Virus record (IMG/VR): IMGVR_UViG_2802429251_000007
Coordinates: 1 to 30,664 of that record
Reading direction: 5' to 3' (one strand)
DNA: 30,664 nt
Source: a virus
Taxonomy: Duplodnaviria; Heunggongvirae; Uroviricota; Caudoviricetes
Shown: positions 16,767-26,716 of the stretch, piece by piece
Layout of the letters: every line of letters starts with the position of its first letter
Position numbering within the stretch: position 1 is the first letter of the stretch
The notes under the pieces: model-generated
Databases searched by the model: none
The model's input: only the letters and a program-made list of their open reading frames with translations
Told to the model about the DNA's origin: nothing
Made by a program: the position numbers and the translations under genes

Positions 16767-17912
16767 ATGGCACAGGGCTTGCCTGTATCAAACGTTGTTA
16801 ATGTTGATGTGATCATGTCGCCGCGTGCAGCATCAGGGCGAAATTTTGGTGCATTACTCATTCTCGGCCCGTCCACAATCATTCCGGTAAGTGAGCGCAT
16901 TCGCCGTTATTCTGCCGCGGAAGATATTGGAAAAGATTTTGGCGTGGAATCACCAGAATATAAGGCTGCGCAGGTGTTTTTCTCACAATCACCGAAACCT
17001 CAGGAGGTTTTTGTTGGTCGTTGGGTGAAAACGAAGGGAGACAGCGAACAGGCCACGCCTGAGACGCTGGAGCAGGCTGTGAATGCCATGCTCGATTATA
17101 CTTCATGGTATGGGCTGGGGATTGCAGACGATGAAGATATTCCGGATGCAGACTGGCTGAAAGTGGCTGCGGCGATCGAATCCTCTTCTGTAAGCCGTAT
17201 TCTGGCGATTACGACAAGCGATGAGAAATGCCTGCAGACTGCATCCAGCGATGATTTGGCATCAAAACTGAAAACCGCCGGATATTCACGCAGTTTTATT
17301 CAGTATTCATCGGGTAATAAATACGTTGCGTTATCTGCATTTGGCCGGGCATTCACGGTTAATTTCAATGGCAGTAATACCGCGATTACGCTCAAGTTTA
17401 AGCAGGAGCCGGGTGTCGGGTATGAAACACTGACAGTCAGCCAGGCATCGGCACTTGATGCAAAAAACTGCAATGTGTTCGTGTACTACCAGAATGATAC
17501 GGCTATCCTCCAGCAGGGAGTGATGGCTAACGGCGATTTCTTTGATGAACGCCACGGCCTGGACTGGTTACAGAATTATGTGCAGACCAACCTCTATAAC
17601 CTGCTTTATACCAGTACCACGAAAGTTCCCCAGACTGAAGCCGGTATTACCCGACTGTTATCAAATGTTGAAAAATCACTGGATCAGGCCGTTCAGAATG
17701 GACTGATTGCTCCGGGCGTATGGAACGGGGGCGACCTTGGTCAGTTGTCATCAGGTGACACACTGCCCAAAGGTTATTACGTATACGCTCAGCCGCTGGA
17801 TGAACAGGCTCAATCAGAACGTGAAGCCCGTAAGGCTCCGGTGATTCAGGCTGCAATAAAACTTGCAGGCGCGGTTCATTACGCTGACGTACAGATTAAC
17901 GTTGTTCGCTAA
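16767..17912 (+). CDS. putative tail sheath protein (DUF3383-like)
   Basis: 381 aa immediately before tube-like and chaperone genes; family recalled, not verified. Confidence 0.45.
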   Translation: MAQGLPVSNVVNVDVIMSPRAASGRNFGALLILGPSTIIPVSERIRRYSAAEDIGKDFGVESPEYKAAQVFFSQSPKPQEVFVGRWVKTKGDSEQATPETLEQAVNAMLDYTSWYGLGIADDEDIPDADWLKVAAAIESSSVSRILAITTSDEKCLQTASSDDLASKLKTAGYSRSFIQYSSGNKYVALSAFGRAFTVNFNGSNTAITLKFKQEPGVGYETLTVSQASALDAKNCNVFVYYQNDTAILQQGVMANGDFFDERHGLDWLQNYVQTNLYNLLYTSTTKVPQTEAGITRLLSNVEKSLDQAVQNGLIAPGVWNGGDLGQLSSGDTLPKGYYVYAQPLDEQAQSEREARKAPVIQAAIKLAGAVHYADVQINVVR

Positions 17913-17922
17913 GGGGAAGTGA

Positions 17923-18363
17923 ATGTCTACCTATTCTTTTATGGATGTCACTGCGACGCTGACCGGGCCGACCGGTTCGATTGACCTCGGGTACGGTTCG
18001 GCAAGTTCTGAAGAGGGGATTGTGGTTGCGATGGGCGGTCCTAAAAACACCATGACCATCGGTGCTGATGGCGAAGTGATGCACAGTCTCCATGCAGATA
18101 AAAGCGGGACGATTACCGTTAACCTTCTGAAGACATCACCGACAAATAAAAAATTGTCGCTGGCGTATAACGCACAGAGCCAGTCTTCTGCCACATGGGG
18201 GAATAACGTTATCGTGATCCGCAACAAGGTCAGCGGCGACATCATCACGGCACGCAGTGTTGCGTTCCAGAAACAACCGGATAACGCCAACGCTAAAACC
18301 GGTAATACGATGCCGTGGGTATTTGACTGCGGCAAGATTGACCAGGTTCTCGGGGAGTTTTAA
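17923..18363 (+). CDS. putative tail tube protein (DUF3277-like)
   Basis: 146 aa between sheath-like and chaperone genes. Confidence 0.45.
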   Translation: MSTYSFMDVTATLTGPTGSIDLGYGSASSEEGIVVAMGGPKNTMTIGADGEVMHSLHADKSGTITVNLLKTSPTNKKLSLAYNAQSQSSATWGNNVIVIRNKVSGDIITARSVAFQKQPDNANAKTGNTMPWVFDCGKIDQVLGEF

Positions 18364-18366
18364 TAC

Positions 18367-18819
18367 ATGGAATTCGAAATCAAAGGCGTGAAATATCGCG
18401 TGGCAAAACTCAGCGTTTTTGACCAGCTGAAAGTGACCCGCAAACTTCTGCCGGTGCTGGCAGGAATGATGTCAGATTTCGGGAGCATTCGCTCCCGTTT
18501 GCCTGCTGATGGCAAAATCGACACCGTGAAATTCGAGCAGTTAAAACCGGTGTTTGAAACCATGCTCCCGCGTATCGCTGAGGAACTGTCTTCCCTGACC
18601 GAAGATGACACCGATGCGATTATTCATCCCTGTCTTGCGGTGGTGTCGCGGCGTCATATGGACGGATGGGTGCCGGTATTTACCCGGGGCGAACTGATGT
18701 TTGATGATATTGACCTGCTGGTCATGCTTCATCTGGTGGCGCGGGTGGTCGCCGATTCGCTGGGAAATTTTTTGCCTACACCCCTTACCAGCACGACGCA
18801 GAGCCTGCAACAGGGCTGA
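18367..18819 (+). CDS. tail assembly chaperone (G-like)
   Basis: 150 aa directly upstream of tape measure gene; carries slippery run near 3' end. Confidence 0.55.
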   Translation: MEFEIKGVKYRVAKLSVFDQLKVTRKLLPVLAGMMSDFGSIRSRLPADGKIDTVKFEQLKPVFETMLPRIAEELSSLTEDDTDAIIHPCLAVVSRRHMDGWVPVFTRGELMFDDIDLLVMLHLVARVVADSLGNFLPTPLTSTTQSLQQG

Positions 18820-19007
18820 CGTTTAACAGCCTGCCGGACGGGCTGTCCTACCTTCTCAATCCGGTTGACGCCGGGTTAATTCCTTATACAGCACTTAAAG
18901 ATGGCTCTGTCGATTTGTACGACATTGCTCTCTTGAATGACCATCTGGCGGTAAAAGCGGATAACCAGCGGCGCATTGAGAAATGGAGAGAGGATAATGA
19001 ACGCTGA
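18762..19007 (+). other. candidate programmed -1 frameshift site (GGGAAATTTTTTG) and 80-codon -1-frame extension (GT-like fusion)
   Basis: Overlapping XXXYYYZ heptamers at 18762-18774; -1 frame stays open from 18765 to TGA at 19005-19007. Confidence 0.5.
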
Positions 19008-20985
19008 AACTATTAAAGATTTCCTCGTCTCGCTTGGCTTCAGTGTGGATGATGCAGGAGCGAAAAAGTTCGGTTCTGTCCTCGCCGGTACAACGGCAAA
19101 TGTCATCAAAATGGGGCTGGCCGTTGAAGGAGCCGCGCTGTCCGTGGTGGCCTTCACGGCTAAGATCGCCTCCGGTCTGGATAATCTTTACTGGGCGTCA
19201 CAGCGCACCGGCGCGACAGTCCAGGGAATTCAGTCTATTGGCTATGCGGTTTCGCAGGTTGGCGGCAGCGTGGACGCTGCGCGATCTTCTCTGGAAAACC
19301 TCTCCCGGTTTATTCGTAATAATCCCGGGGCGGAGGGATTTCTGAATCGCCTGGGCGTACAGACCCGTGATGCCAGCGGTAACATGCGTGACATGGCCGC
19401 TATCTTTACGGGCGTTGGACAGAAACTCAGCAGCATGCCGTATTACCGGGCTAACCAGTATGCGCAGATGCTGGGCATTGACGAAAATACCCTTATGGCG
19501 ATGCGCCGGGGTGTGGGTGGCTTCTCCGGGCAGTACAGCGCAATGGCGAAAGCTATCGGCTTCAATGCTGACGAGGCGGCCAGAAGCTCCAACAAATTTA
19601 TGACCTCCTTGCGTGAGTTTAGCGCGATGGCAGGCATGGCCCGTGACAAAATCGGCTCTAATCTTGCGGGTGGGCTTGCAGGTTCGCTGGACACCCTGCG
19701 CCGCCATATCCTGGACAACTTCCCTCGTATCGAGCAGACCCTGACGAAAGCCATAAAAGGCATTCTGGCGCTCGGGGATATTATCGGGCGGCTGTTCTTC
19801 AGACTGATTGAGGGGACATCAGGCCTTATCACCTGGTGGCAATCGCTGGATAAGCAAACGCGGGAGTTGATCTCGCTGTTTGGCGCACTGACGATTGCGC
19901 TGCGCATTCTGAACAGTACGTTCTGGATGTCGCCGGTTGGCCTCATTACCGCGCTGGCGGCGGGGATTGCCCTCCTGTGGGAGGACTATCAGACCTGGAA
20001 GGAAGGCGGCGACAGCCTGATTGACTGGGGCAAGTGGAAACCGGAGGTCGATGCCGCGCTGAAGATGGTTCGTGACCTTAAAACGACCGTTAACGATCTG
20101 GCGAAAGCGCTGGCGAAACTACTCAATATTGACCCCAAATCATGGTCCCTGAAGTGGGATTTCAGCAACTTCATCGACCAGATGGGCGAATTCAGCAAAA
20201 TGCTGAACATGATCGCCGACCTGCTCAACGCTATCAAAGATGGACGCTGGGCTGATGCCGTCAGCATCGGCAAACAGATACTTAATCAGGGCAGCGAAAA
20301 TCCGTCAGCGATGCCGATGGTTACAGACAGCGCTAACAGTACTGCCGACTGGATTAAAGAGCACTGGGGATTCGATCCCCGCAGTGTGGGCCGGACGGTA
20401 CGCGGCTGGTTTGGTGATGATGAGCCGGAACAACATGCACAGGCTACGAAACGAGGAGAACGGAATAACAATCCGGGAAACCTTAATTTTGCTGGTCAGG
20501 CGGGGGCTTCTCTTGAACACCCGGGCGGGCGATTTGCCAGATTTGAAACTGCCTTTGATGGATTACGGGCTCTTGCTCGTCAGTTAATGTTGTACGCCGG
20601 GCGAGGAATAAACAGTGTGGAAAAAATTATCTCTACCTGGGCACCTGCCTCTGATAATAACAACACAACTGCGTATATCAGGGCTGTATCGCAACGACTG
20701 GGAGTGGATCCCCGGGCTGCCCTGAATATGAGCGATCCGAAAACCATGTCAGCATTGATGAGCAGCATTATCCAGCATGAAAATGGAAGAAATATCTATT
20801 CTCGAGAGCTGATTAATAAGGCTGCCGTGGCGGGAATTAGTGGCAAAATGACAGAGGTTAACCAGCAAAATACCTACCACATTTACGGTGGCGGAGATCC
20901 GCACGCTGTCGGTAATGAGGTTGCACGTCGGCAACAGTCTGCAAATGCTCAGGTTATGCGAAGTAATCAGGTGAGGGTGGGTTAG
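18997..20985 (+). CDS. tail tape measure protein
   Basis: 662 aa; hydrophobic TM-like central segments; follows chaperone; ATG 18997 with GGAGAGAGG upstream (ORF-track start 18976 is TTG). Confidence 0.8.
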   Translation: MNAETIKDFLVSLGFSVDDAGAKKFGSVLAGTTANVIKMGLAVEGAALSVVAFTAKIASGLDNLYWASQRTGATVQGIQSIGYAVSQVGGSVDAARSSLENLSRFIRNNPGAEGFLNRLGVQTRDASGNMRDMAAIFTGVGQKLSSMPYYRANQYAQMLGIDENTLMAMRRGVGGFSGQYSAMAKAIGFNADEAARSSNKFMTSLREFSAMAGMARDKIGSNLAGGLAGSLDTLRRHILDNFPRIEQTLTKAIKGILALGDIIGRLFFRLIEGTSGLITWWQSLDKQTRELISLFGALTIALRILNSTFWMSPVGLITALAAGIALLWEDYQTWKEGGDSLIDWGKWKPEVDAALKMVRDLKTTVNDLAKALAKLLNIDPKSWSLKWDFSNFIDQMGEFSKMLNMIADLLNAIKDGRWADAVSIGKQILNQGSENPSAMPMVTDSANSTADWIKEHWGFDPRSVGRTVRGWFGDDEPEQHAQATKRGERNNNPGNLNFAGQAGASLEHPGGRFARFETAFDGLRALARQLMLYAGRGINSVEKIISTWAPASDNNNTTAYIRAVSQRLGVDPRAALNMSDPKTMSALMSSIIQHENGRNIYSRELINKAAVAGISGKMTEVNQQNTYHIYGGGDPHAVGNEVARRQQSANAQVMRSNQVRVG

Positions 20986-21572
20986 TGGATATTCTCTCTA
21001 CACTTTTTCATCAGCAGAGCAGAAAAATAGGAATGATTGTTCCCAGTGTTGTTATTTCAGAGAAGCATACAGATATGCTTGAAATAACCGAGCATCCGGT
21101 AGAGGTTGGGGCTGCTGTCGCTGATCATGCCTATAAAAAACCGTCAGAAGTGGTGATGGAGGTTGGTTTCGCCGGTGGCGGCACATTGCTGGATTTTGCC
21201 AGTAACCTGACGGCTACCAGCCTGCTCGGCCTGAGTCCTCAGCAGACGTATCAGGAGCTACTGGATTTGCAGGAAAGCCGTATCCCCTTCGATGTGGTAA
21301 CCGGTAAACGGCTGTACAGCAACATGTTGATCCGGGCGCTGGAAGTGACGACGGACAAGACAACCGAAAATGTCCTGTCCGCCGTCCTTACCCTGAGGGA
21401 GGTCCTTATCTCCCGGACACAGCAGATTACCGTCGCGGATAAAACCAACATGAAGGAAGGGGCCAGCACGTCGGCGGTACAGAATAGCGGCAACAAAACC
21501 ACAAAGCCTCCAGATACTTCACTGCTGAAAAGCATTACGGGTAACGTGGCGTCATTACTGGGGGGCGGCTAA
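20985..21572 (+). CDS. tail/baseplate assembly protein, unknown family
   Basis: GTG start overlapping tape measure stop; position. Confidence 0.35.
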   Translation: MDILSTLFHQQSRKIGMIVPSVVISEKHTDMLEITEHPVEVGAAVADHAYKKPSEVVMEVGFAGGGTLLDFASNLTATSLLGLSPQQTYQELLDLQESRIPFDVVTGKRLYSNMLIRALEVTTDKTTENVLSAVLTLREVLISRTQQITVADKTNMKEGASTSAVQNSGNKTTKPPDTSLLKSITGNVASLLGGG

Positions 21573-21874
21573 TGACAATTCAGGAAATTCCGCTGACAGC
21601 GGACAATCAGCAGTTCAGCATCGTCCTGGGTGGTGTCACCTGGCGGATTAGCATCATATGGCGCGATCTGTACTGGATTATGGACCTGCAGAACGACAGA
21701 GGGGAGCCGGTAATCTCCGGTATTCCTCTCGTCACTGGTGCTGACCTGCTGGCGCAGTACGCCTGTATGGGGCTTGGTTTTAAGCTGGTGGTGGTCTGTG
21801 ATGACAACACACAGGATTACCCCACAAAAACTGACCTGGGCGGTCGCAGCCATTTACTGGTATCAACGGAGTAA
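21572..21874 (+). CDS. small tail/baseplate protein, unknown family
   Basis: ATGA overlap with upstream gene. Confidence 0.3.
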   Translation: MTIQEIPLTADNQQFSIVLGGVTWRISIIWRDLYWIMDLQNDRGEPVISGIPLVTGADLLAQYACMGLGFKLVVVCDDNTQDYPTKTDLGGRSHLLVSTE

Positions 21875-21876
21875 GC

Positions 21877-22941
21877 ATGTCACAGAACTGGATGAGACAT
21901 TTCGAGCTGCAGCTTGTGGACGGGAACGGTCAGGGAATTGAGCTAAGTGATTTCAAAGTCACCTTTACGATCGACTGGTTCAACATCAGCAGCGCGTCCC
22001 GGGTAGGGACTATCAAAATTTATAACCTCTCGGCAGATACTGTGAACCGAATCACTGGGAAGGAATTTTCGAAAGTGCGGCTGATTGCCGGTTACGACGG
22101 TATCGCGCCGGAGGTGGCGGCAAGCGACGTCGGGACCGTGCGCGAAGTCGACGCGGCGGACGTGGGCCAGACAGATGGCCGCAACTACGGACTGATTTTC
22201 AGCGGTGAAATTCGCTACTCGGTCACAGGAAAAGACAGTCCGGTTGATACCTACGTCCTGATTCAGGCAGCAGATACTGATCTGGCATTTGCCACCAGTA
22301 TAACCTCACAGACGCTGGCTGCCGGTTACACGGTCGCAGATGTGAACCGTGCGCTGATGAAAGACTTTGAGGCCAAAGGCGCGACCGAAGGACTGACGCC
22401 TGAAATGCCTGCTACCGTATACCCTCGAGGGCGGGTGCTGTTCGGCATGACACGGCATCTTATGGATAACGTGGCCGGACAATGTGGCGCAACATGGCAA
22501 TTTGTGGACGGTCAGCGCCAGATGGTGGCGAATAACGAGTATGTTCACGACGCGATTGTGCTCAACAGCGCCACCGGGCTTATCGGCATGCCGCAGCAGA
22601 CTATCGGCAACGGTGTAAACGTCCGCGCTCTTATTAATCCGAACATCCGGGTTAACGGGCTTATTCAGCTGGATCAGGCTTCCGTGTACCGCACCGCGCT
22701 GTCGAACAATGATATTGCGATGGCTGGTGGGCAGATCACCGACCAGAACACGGACGGAAATATCACGCTAAGCGGCACCACATCGCAGCCTGCCAGCATC
22801 GCAACGGATGGCGTTTATATTGTGCGCGGGATTATGTACACTGGCGACACAAGGGGCCAGGCGTGGTACATGGATATGATGTGCTTTGCTCGAGGTGCTA
22901 GTGATATTCCTAGCCAGTCAGCGATGAATCGAGGTGCATAA
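21877..22941 (+). CDS. putative baseplate hub protein
   Basis: 354 aa; position between tape measure and spike-like gene; GGAG RBS. Confidence 0.4.
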   Translation: MSQNWMRHFELQLVDGNGQGIELSDFKVTFTIDWFNISSASRVGTIKIYNLSADTVNRITGKEFSKVRLIAGYDGIAPEVAASDVGTVREVDAADVGQTDGRNYGLIFSGEIRYSVTGKDSPVDTYVLIQAADTDLAFATSITSQTLAAGYTVADVNRALMKDFEAKGATEGLTPEMPATVYPRGRVLFGMTRHLMDNVAGQCGATWQFVDGQRQMVANNEYVHDAIVLNSATGLIGMPQQTIGNGVNVRALINPNIRVNGLIQLDQASVYRTALSNNDIAMAGGQITDQNTDGNITLSGTTSQPASIATDGVYIVRGIMYTGDTRGQAWYMDMMCFARGASDIPSQSAMNRGA

Positions 22942-22943
22942 TA

Positions 22944-23669
22944 GTGAGCAGGCTTGCGATAACCACAATCGTATTTTCTCTTTTTTTAACTTCATGTAGT
23001 TGGGATCCTAATGGTGCTAAAGCGCAGGGAAAATGGCTATCCCAAAAAAATGAAGAAAAACAAGCGTACGATAAGCAAGTTGAGGAGAGCCAGAAAAGCA
23101 GGCTTCAAATACAGCGCGAAGAAAAGTCTCAATTTGAAGTTTCACATCCAGAGGTTATCGTTGCTGGTGTTGGGAACGAGCTTAAAAGTAAGGGTGCAGA
23201 ATCTTTGCGAGATGCGTACAACAGCATTCCATTCGTAACTCGTTATCCGGGAACCACGGACCCTAACAAAGTTTATACCTATGTCGGTGACTACAAATTA
23301 AATTTGCAACTGGTTAACACATCTGTGCTTTCTCAGATCTCAGATTGCAAACGCATTTCAGCGTATGCCGATGTTGATATTAATCGTACTTGCTTCAATC
23401 AAATTGGAAATGATTTGAGTTTGTTTGCATCTGTAATTAAAGACAAAAATATTACTGGAATTGCAAAAAAAGCAGCTCTACGAGATTCAACTTACGGAAC
23501 TAAAATTGATTTTGGTCATGCTGCGCGTTTAGCAAAAATGCATGCCACTTTATGCCAAAAGCAGGGCGGTAAAGGATTTGTCAAAATGTCGACTGTAGCT
23601 GTGCCTTGCGGCTCTTCAGGCGATGTAATTAACTATCGAAGCGCCGGTAAGATGGGGCTTATAAACTGA
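22944..23669 (+). CDS. lipoprotein (241 aa), moron-like accessory gene
   Basis: Signal peptide plus lipobox LFLTSC, +2 Ser; GTG start with GAGGTG upstream; visibly AT-rich versus flanking genes; own terminator downstream. Confidence 0.6.
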   Translation: MSRLAITTIVFSLFLTSCSWDPNGAKAQGKWLSQKNEEKQAYDKQVEESQKSRLQIQREEKSQFEVSHPEVIVAGVGNELKSKGAESLRDAYNSIPFVTRYPGTTDPNKVYTYVGDYKLNLQLVNTSVLSQISDCKRISAYADVDINRTCFNQIGNDLSLFASVIKDKNITGIAKKAALRDSTYGTKIDFGHAARLAKMHATLCQKQGGKGFVKMSTVAVPCGSSGDVINYRSAGKMGLIN

Positions 23670-23691
23670 AAAGATCAAATTAGTCACATAA

Positions 23692-23716
23692 AACCCGCCG
23701 GATGGCGGGTTTTTTG
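23692..23716 (+). terminator. intrinsic terminator after lipoprotein gene
   Basis: CCCGCC-GGAT-GGCGGG hairpin followed by TTTTTT. Confidence 0.7.
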
Positions 23717-23734
23717 CTTTCTGGAGCCTACTAA

Positions 23735-24487
23735 ATGGCAGTATCTGACCAGACCCGCAGCGGCGACCTTGCCGAAACATTTAAATCTGAACGGGAAACA
23801 ACAAAGAACCAGATCCGTGTCGCCTTGCCAGGCATTGTTCAGTCATTCGCTCCTGATGCGGTGACGGCGGTTGTACAGCCTGCTATCCGTTACGTTGAAA
23901 TTGATAACGACGGCAACCGCATTACCAAAAATTACCCATTGCTGGTGGATGTGCCAGTGGTATTCCCGCGTGGCGGAGGCTGTACGCTAACGTTTCCAGT
24001 TAAAGCCGGTGATGAATGCCTGGTGATTTTTGCCGATCGTTGTATTGATTTCTGGTGGCAGAGTGGCGGGATACAGGAGCCGGTCGATGACCGGGTGCAT
24101 GATTTATCGGATGCTTTCTGTATCGTCGGGCCGCAGTCTCAGGCGCAGAAAATAAGCGGAATAAGCACCAGTGGCGCGCAGCTGCGTAGTGACGACGGCA
24201 GCACCTATTTTGAGCTTAATCCTGATACCAGGAAAATTAAAATTGTCGCTCCGGGTGGTCTTGATGTGGTTGCCCCTCTGGCTGATTTTTCTGAGAAAGT
24301 AACCATTCATGGCCTGTTAACCTGGATGGGGGGCATGGTGGGGTCTGTTGTTTCTGGTGTGGCTTCAAAAATCACTGGTGCTGTTGAGTTTTTGGGTAGC
24401 GTGAAGGCTAACGGCAAGCTAATCGATGATACGCACACTCATGGTGGTGTTCAGCGCGGTGGAAGCAATACCGACGGAGTAAACTGA
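23735..24487 (+). CDS. putative baseplate spike/assembly protein V-like
   Basis: 250 aa, position; GGAG RBS. Confidence 0.45.
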   Translation: MAVSDQTRSGDLAETFKSERETTKNQIRVALPGIVQSFAPDAVTAVVQPAIRYVEIDNDGNRITKNYPLLVDVPVVFPRGGGCTLTFPVKAGDECLVIFADRCIDFWWQSGGIQEPVDDRVHDLSDAFCIVGPQSQAQKISGISTSGAQLRSDDGSTYFELNPDTRKIKIVAPGGLDVVAPLADFSEKVTIHGLLTWMGGMVGSVVSGVASKITGAVEFLGSVKANGKLIDDTHTHGGVQRGGSNTDGVN

Positions 24488-24840
24488 TGCGATACAGACG
24501 TGAAGACGCCGATGGCGATTACACCTTTGGCAGCGGTGATGATACCTGGCTGATTAACTCACCGGAGGCCGTGGCGCAGGCGGTAAAAACGCAATTCGAA
24601 TTGTGGTATGGGCAATGGTTTCTAGACACCACCGAAGGGACTCCGTGGATCCAGTCCGTACTCGGTAAGCAGAAGCCGGAAACCTACAATCTGGCGATCC
24701 GTAAGCGCATCCTCGAAACGCGGGGCGTTAAATCAATCCTCTCTTTCAATACTACAGTGGATACCACGACCCGACGTGTCATGTTTTCCGCTGAAATCGA
24801 CACTCTTTATGGAATAACGACTGTTACATCGGAGGCGTAA
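24487..24840 (+). CDS. putative baseplate wedge protein (gpW/gp25-like)
   Basis: 117 aa; ATGA overlap; position between spike-like and J-like genes. Confidence 0.4.
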   Translation: MRYRREDADGDYTFGSGDDTWLINSPEAVAQAVKTQFELWYGQWFLDTTEGTPWIQSVLGKQKPETYNLAIRKRILETRGVKSILSFNTTVDTTTRRVMFSAEIDTLYGITTVTSEA

Positions 24841-26039
24841 TGGCTCTGAACCTTGATTCTCTCGGTTTATCTGCAAAGGTAACCGCGGAGGGGATCAGTG
24901 CGCCTGATTATCAGACGATACTCAGCACCCTGATTGGCTATTTTCAGCAGATTTATGGCAGTGATGCCTACCTCGAACCGGACAGCAAAGACGGCCAGAT
25001 GGTGGCTCTGATGGCGCTGGCGATTCATGATGCCAATAATATGGCGATAACTGTCTACAACTGTTTTTCACCGGCAACCGGCTATGGGGCTGCACTGACC
25101 AGTAACGTGAAAATAAATGGTATTTCACGTAAAGGCGCAACGAATTCTACGGTTGATTTGCTTCTTACAGGAACTGCCGGAACAACCATCATTAATGGCA
25201 GCGTGAAAGACAGTAATAATGTGATATGGCGTTTGCCTGCTTCAGTGGTGGTCGGCGTGGATGGTACAGTGATGGCGACCGCAACATGTTCCGTCAGTGG
25301 TGCAGTGGCGGCGCTGGCTGGAACTATCACTGAAATTAATACGCCAACCCGTGGCTGGGTTTCGGTAACTAATCCTGCTGCGGCTACTGTGGGCACTCCG
25401 GCAGAAACTGACGCTGAGTTACGTATCCGCCAGTCGCAAAGTGTTGCGTTGCCATCAATAACCCCATTTGAAGCACTGGATGGTGCTGTTTCTAATGTTA
25501 CCGGTGTAACCCGCCACAAACTCTATGAAAACGATACTGGTTCGGAGGACGGTAACGGGTTACCGCCACACTCTGTTGCTGTAATTGTGGATGGCGGTGA
25601 TGTGACGGATATTGCTCAGGCTATCAGAGGGAATAAAGGCCAGGGGACAGCCACTCACGGTACAACATCCGTTACGGTTCCGGATAAATACGGCAATCCC
25701 CATGTAATCAAATTCTCGCGTTCCAGTGATGTACCTGTTTATGCCCGGATTAAATTAAAAGTTTTTACGGGTTATACCTCACAGATAGGGCAGCAGATCC
25801 AGCAGGCTATTTCCGGCTATATCAATAGTCTGATGATTGGTGATTCGGTCCTTTTAAGTCGCATTTACTCACCGGCGAATCTTGGCGTGGTGAGTGGCGG
25901 GAATGCACGCTATTACGATATTCAGGAACTGACGATTGGGAAATCCCCGGGGGCTTTGTCGTCATCAAACATTGATATCAGATACAACGAATCTGCGTCC
26001 TGTACCCCGGAAAATATCGTTATAACGGTGGAGTCATGA
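24840..26039 (+). CDS. baseplate J-like protein
   Basis: 399 aa; position and size consistent with Baseplate_J family. Confidence 0.6.
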   Translation: MALNLDSLGLSAKVTAEGISAPDYQTILSTLIGYFQQIYGSDAYLEPDSKDGQMVALMALAIHDANNMAITVYNCFSPATGYGAALTSNVKINGISRKGATNSTVDLLLTGTAGTTIINGSVKDSNNVIWRLPASVVVGVDGTVMATATCSVSGAVAALAGTITEINTPTRGWVSVTNPAAATVGTPAETDAELRIRQSQSVALPSITPFEALDGAVSNVTGVTRHKLYENDTGSEDGNGLPPHSVAVIVDGGDVTDIAQAIRGNKGQGTATHGTTSVTVPDKYGNPHVIKFSRSSDVPVYARIKLKVFTGYTSQIGQQIQQAISGYINSLMIGDSVLLSRIYSPANLGVVSGGNARYYDIQELTIGKSPGALSSSNIDIRYNESASCTPENIVITVES

Positions 26040-26716
26040 GCAAATACACCGAACTAATCACGAACTACCACGCCACCAAACCTAAATTTCTTGCGCATGT
26101 TGATCTGATGACCCGGCCACTTATTGATGTTGCGGCTGCCACCAGAGGGCTGATTACTGCATTTGATATTGACTCTGCGGTTGGTGTGCAACTTGACATT
26201 CTTGGATTGTGGATCGGACGTAGCCGTGTTGTCAGCCAGCCTATCTCAGGTGTCTATTTCAGCTGGGATACCGACGGGCTTGGATATGATCAGGGGGTAT
26301 GGCGGGGACCATACGATCCTGATTCAGGATACATGTATCTCAGCGATGAAACTTATCGTGTCATTCTTAAAGCGAAGATTGCGATTAATAACTGGGACGG
26401 ACGGAATGATTCGCTTCCGGCAATTCTTGACGCTGCAACAGCAGGATCCGGGCTGCGAATGCAGATAGTCGATAACCAGGACATGACGATATCGGTCTGG
26501 GTCTTTCCTGATACTGATATTTCAGATGTATCGCGTGAGTTAATTGCGGCAATTAAACAGGGGTATCTCACAGTTAAAGCCGCCGGGGTTTGGGCGGGTG
26601 ACATTGAAACACCTTCGGTGAAAACCCCATCGGAAGGCTCAAAATTTTTTGGTTTTGATATGGATAACGAATTTATCAGTGGTTTTGATGTAGGGGCATG
26701 GGGAGTATTACTCTGA
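26036..26716 (+). CDS. baseplate/tail protein I-like (DUF2313, YmfQ-like)
   Basis: 226 aa; position between J-like gene and tail fiber. Confidence 0.5.
   Translation: MSKYTELITNYHATKPKFLAHVDLMTRPLIDVAAATRGLITAFDIDSAVGVQLDILGLWIGRSRVVSQPISGVYFSWDTDGLGYDQGVWRGPYDPDSGYMYLSDETYRVILKAKIAINNWDGRNDSLPAILDAATAGSGLRMQIVDNQDMTISVWVFPDTDISDVSRELIAAIKQGYLTVKAAGVWAGDIETPSVKTPSEGSKFFGFDMDNEFISGFDVGAWGVLL

Noticed and set aside
19198-19946. Two minus-strand ORFs of 169 and 167 aa
   Set aside because: Antisense within the tape measure gene; no independent signals.
25082-25519. 145-aa minus-strand ORF
   Set aside because: Antisense within the baseplate J-like gene.
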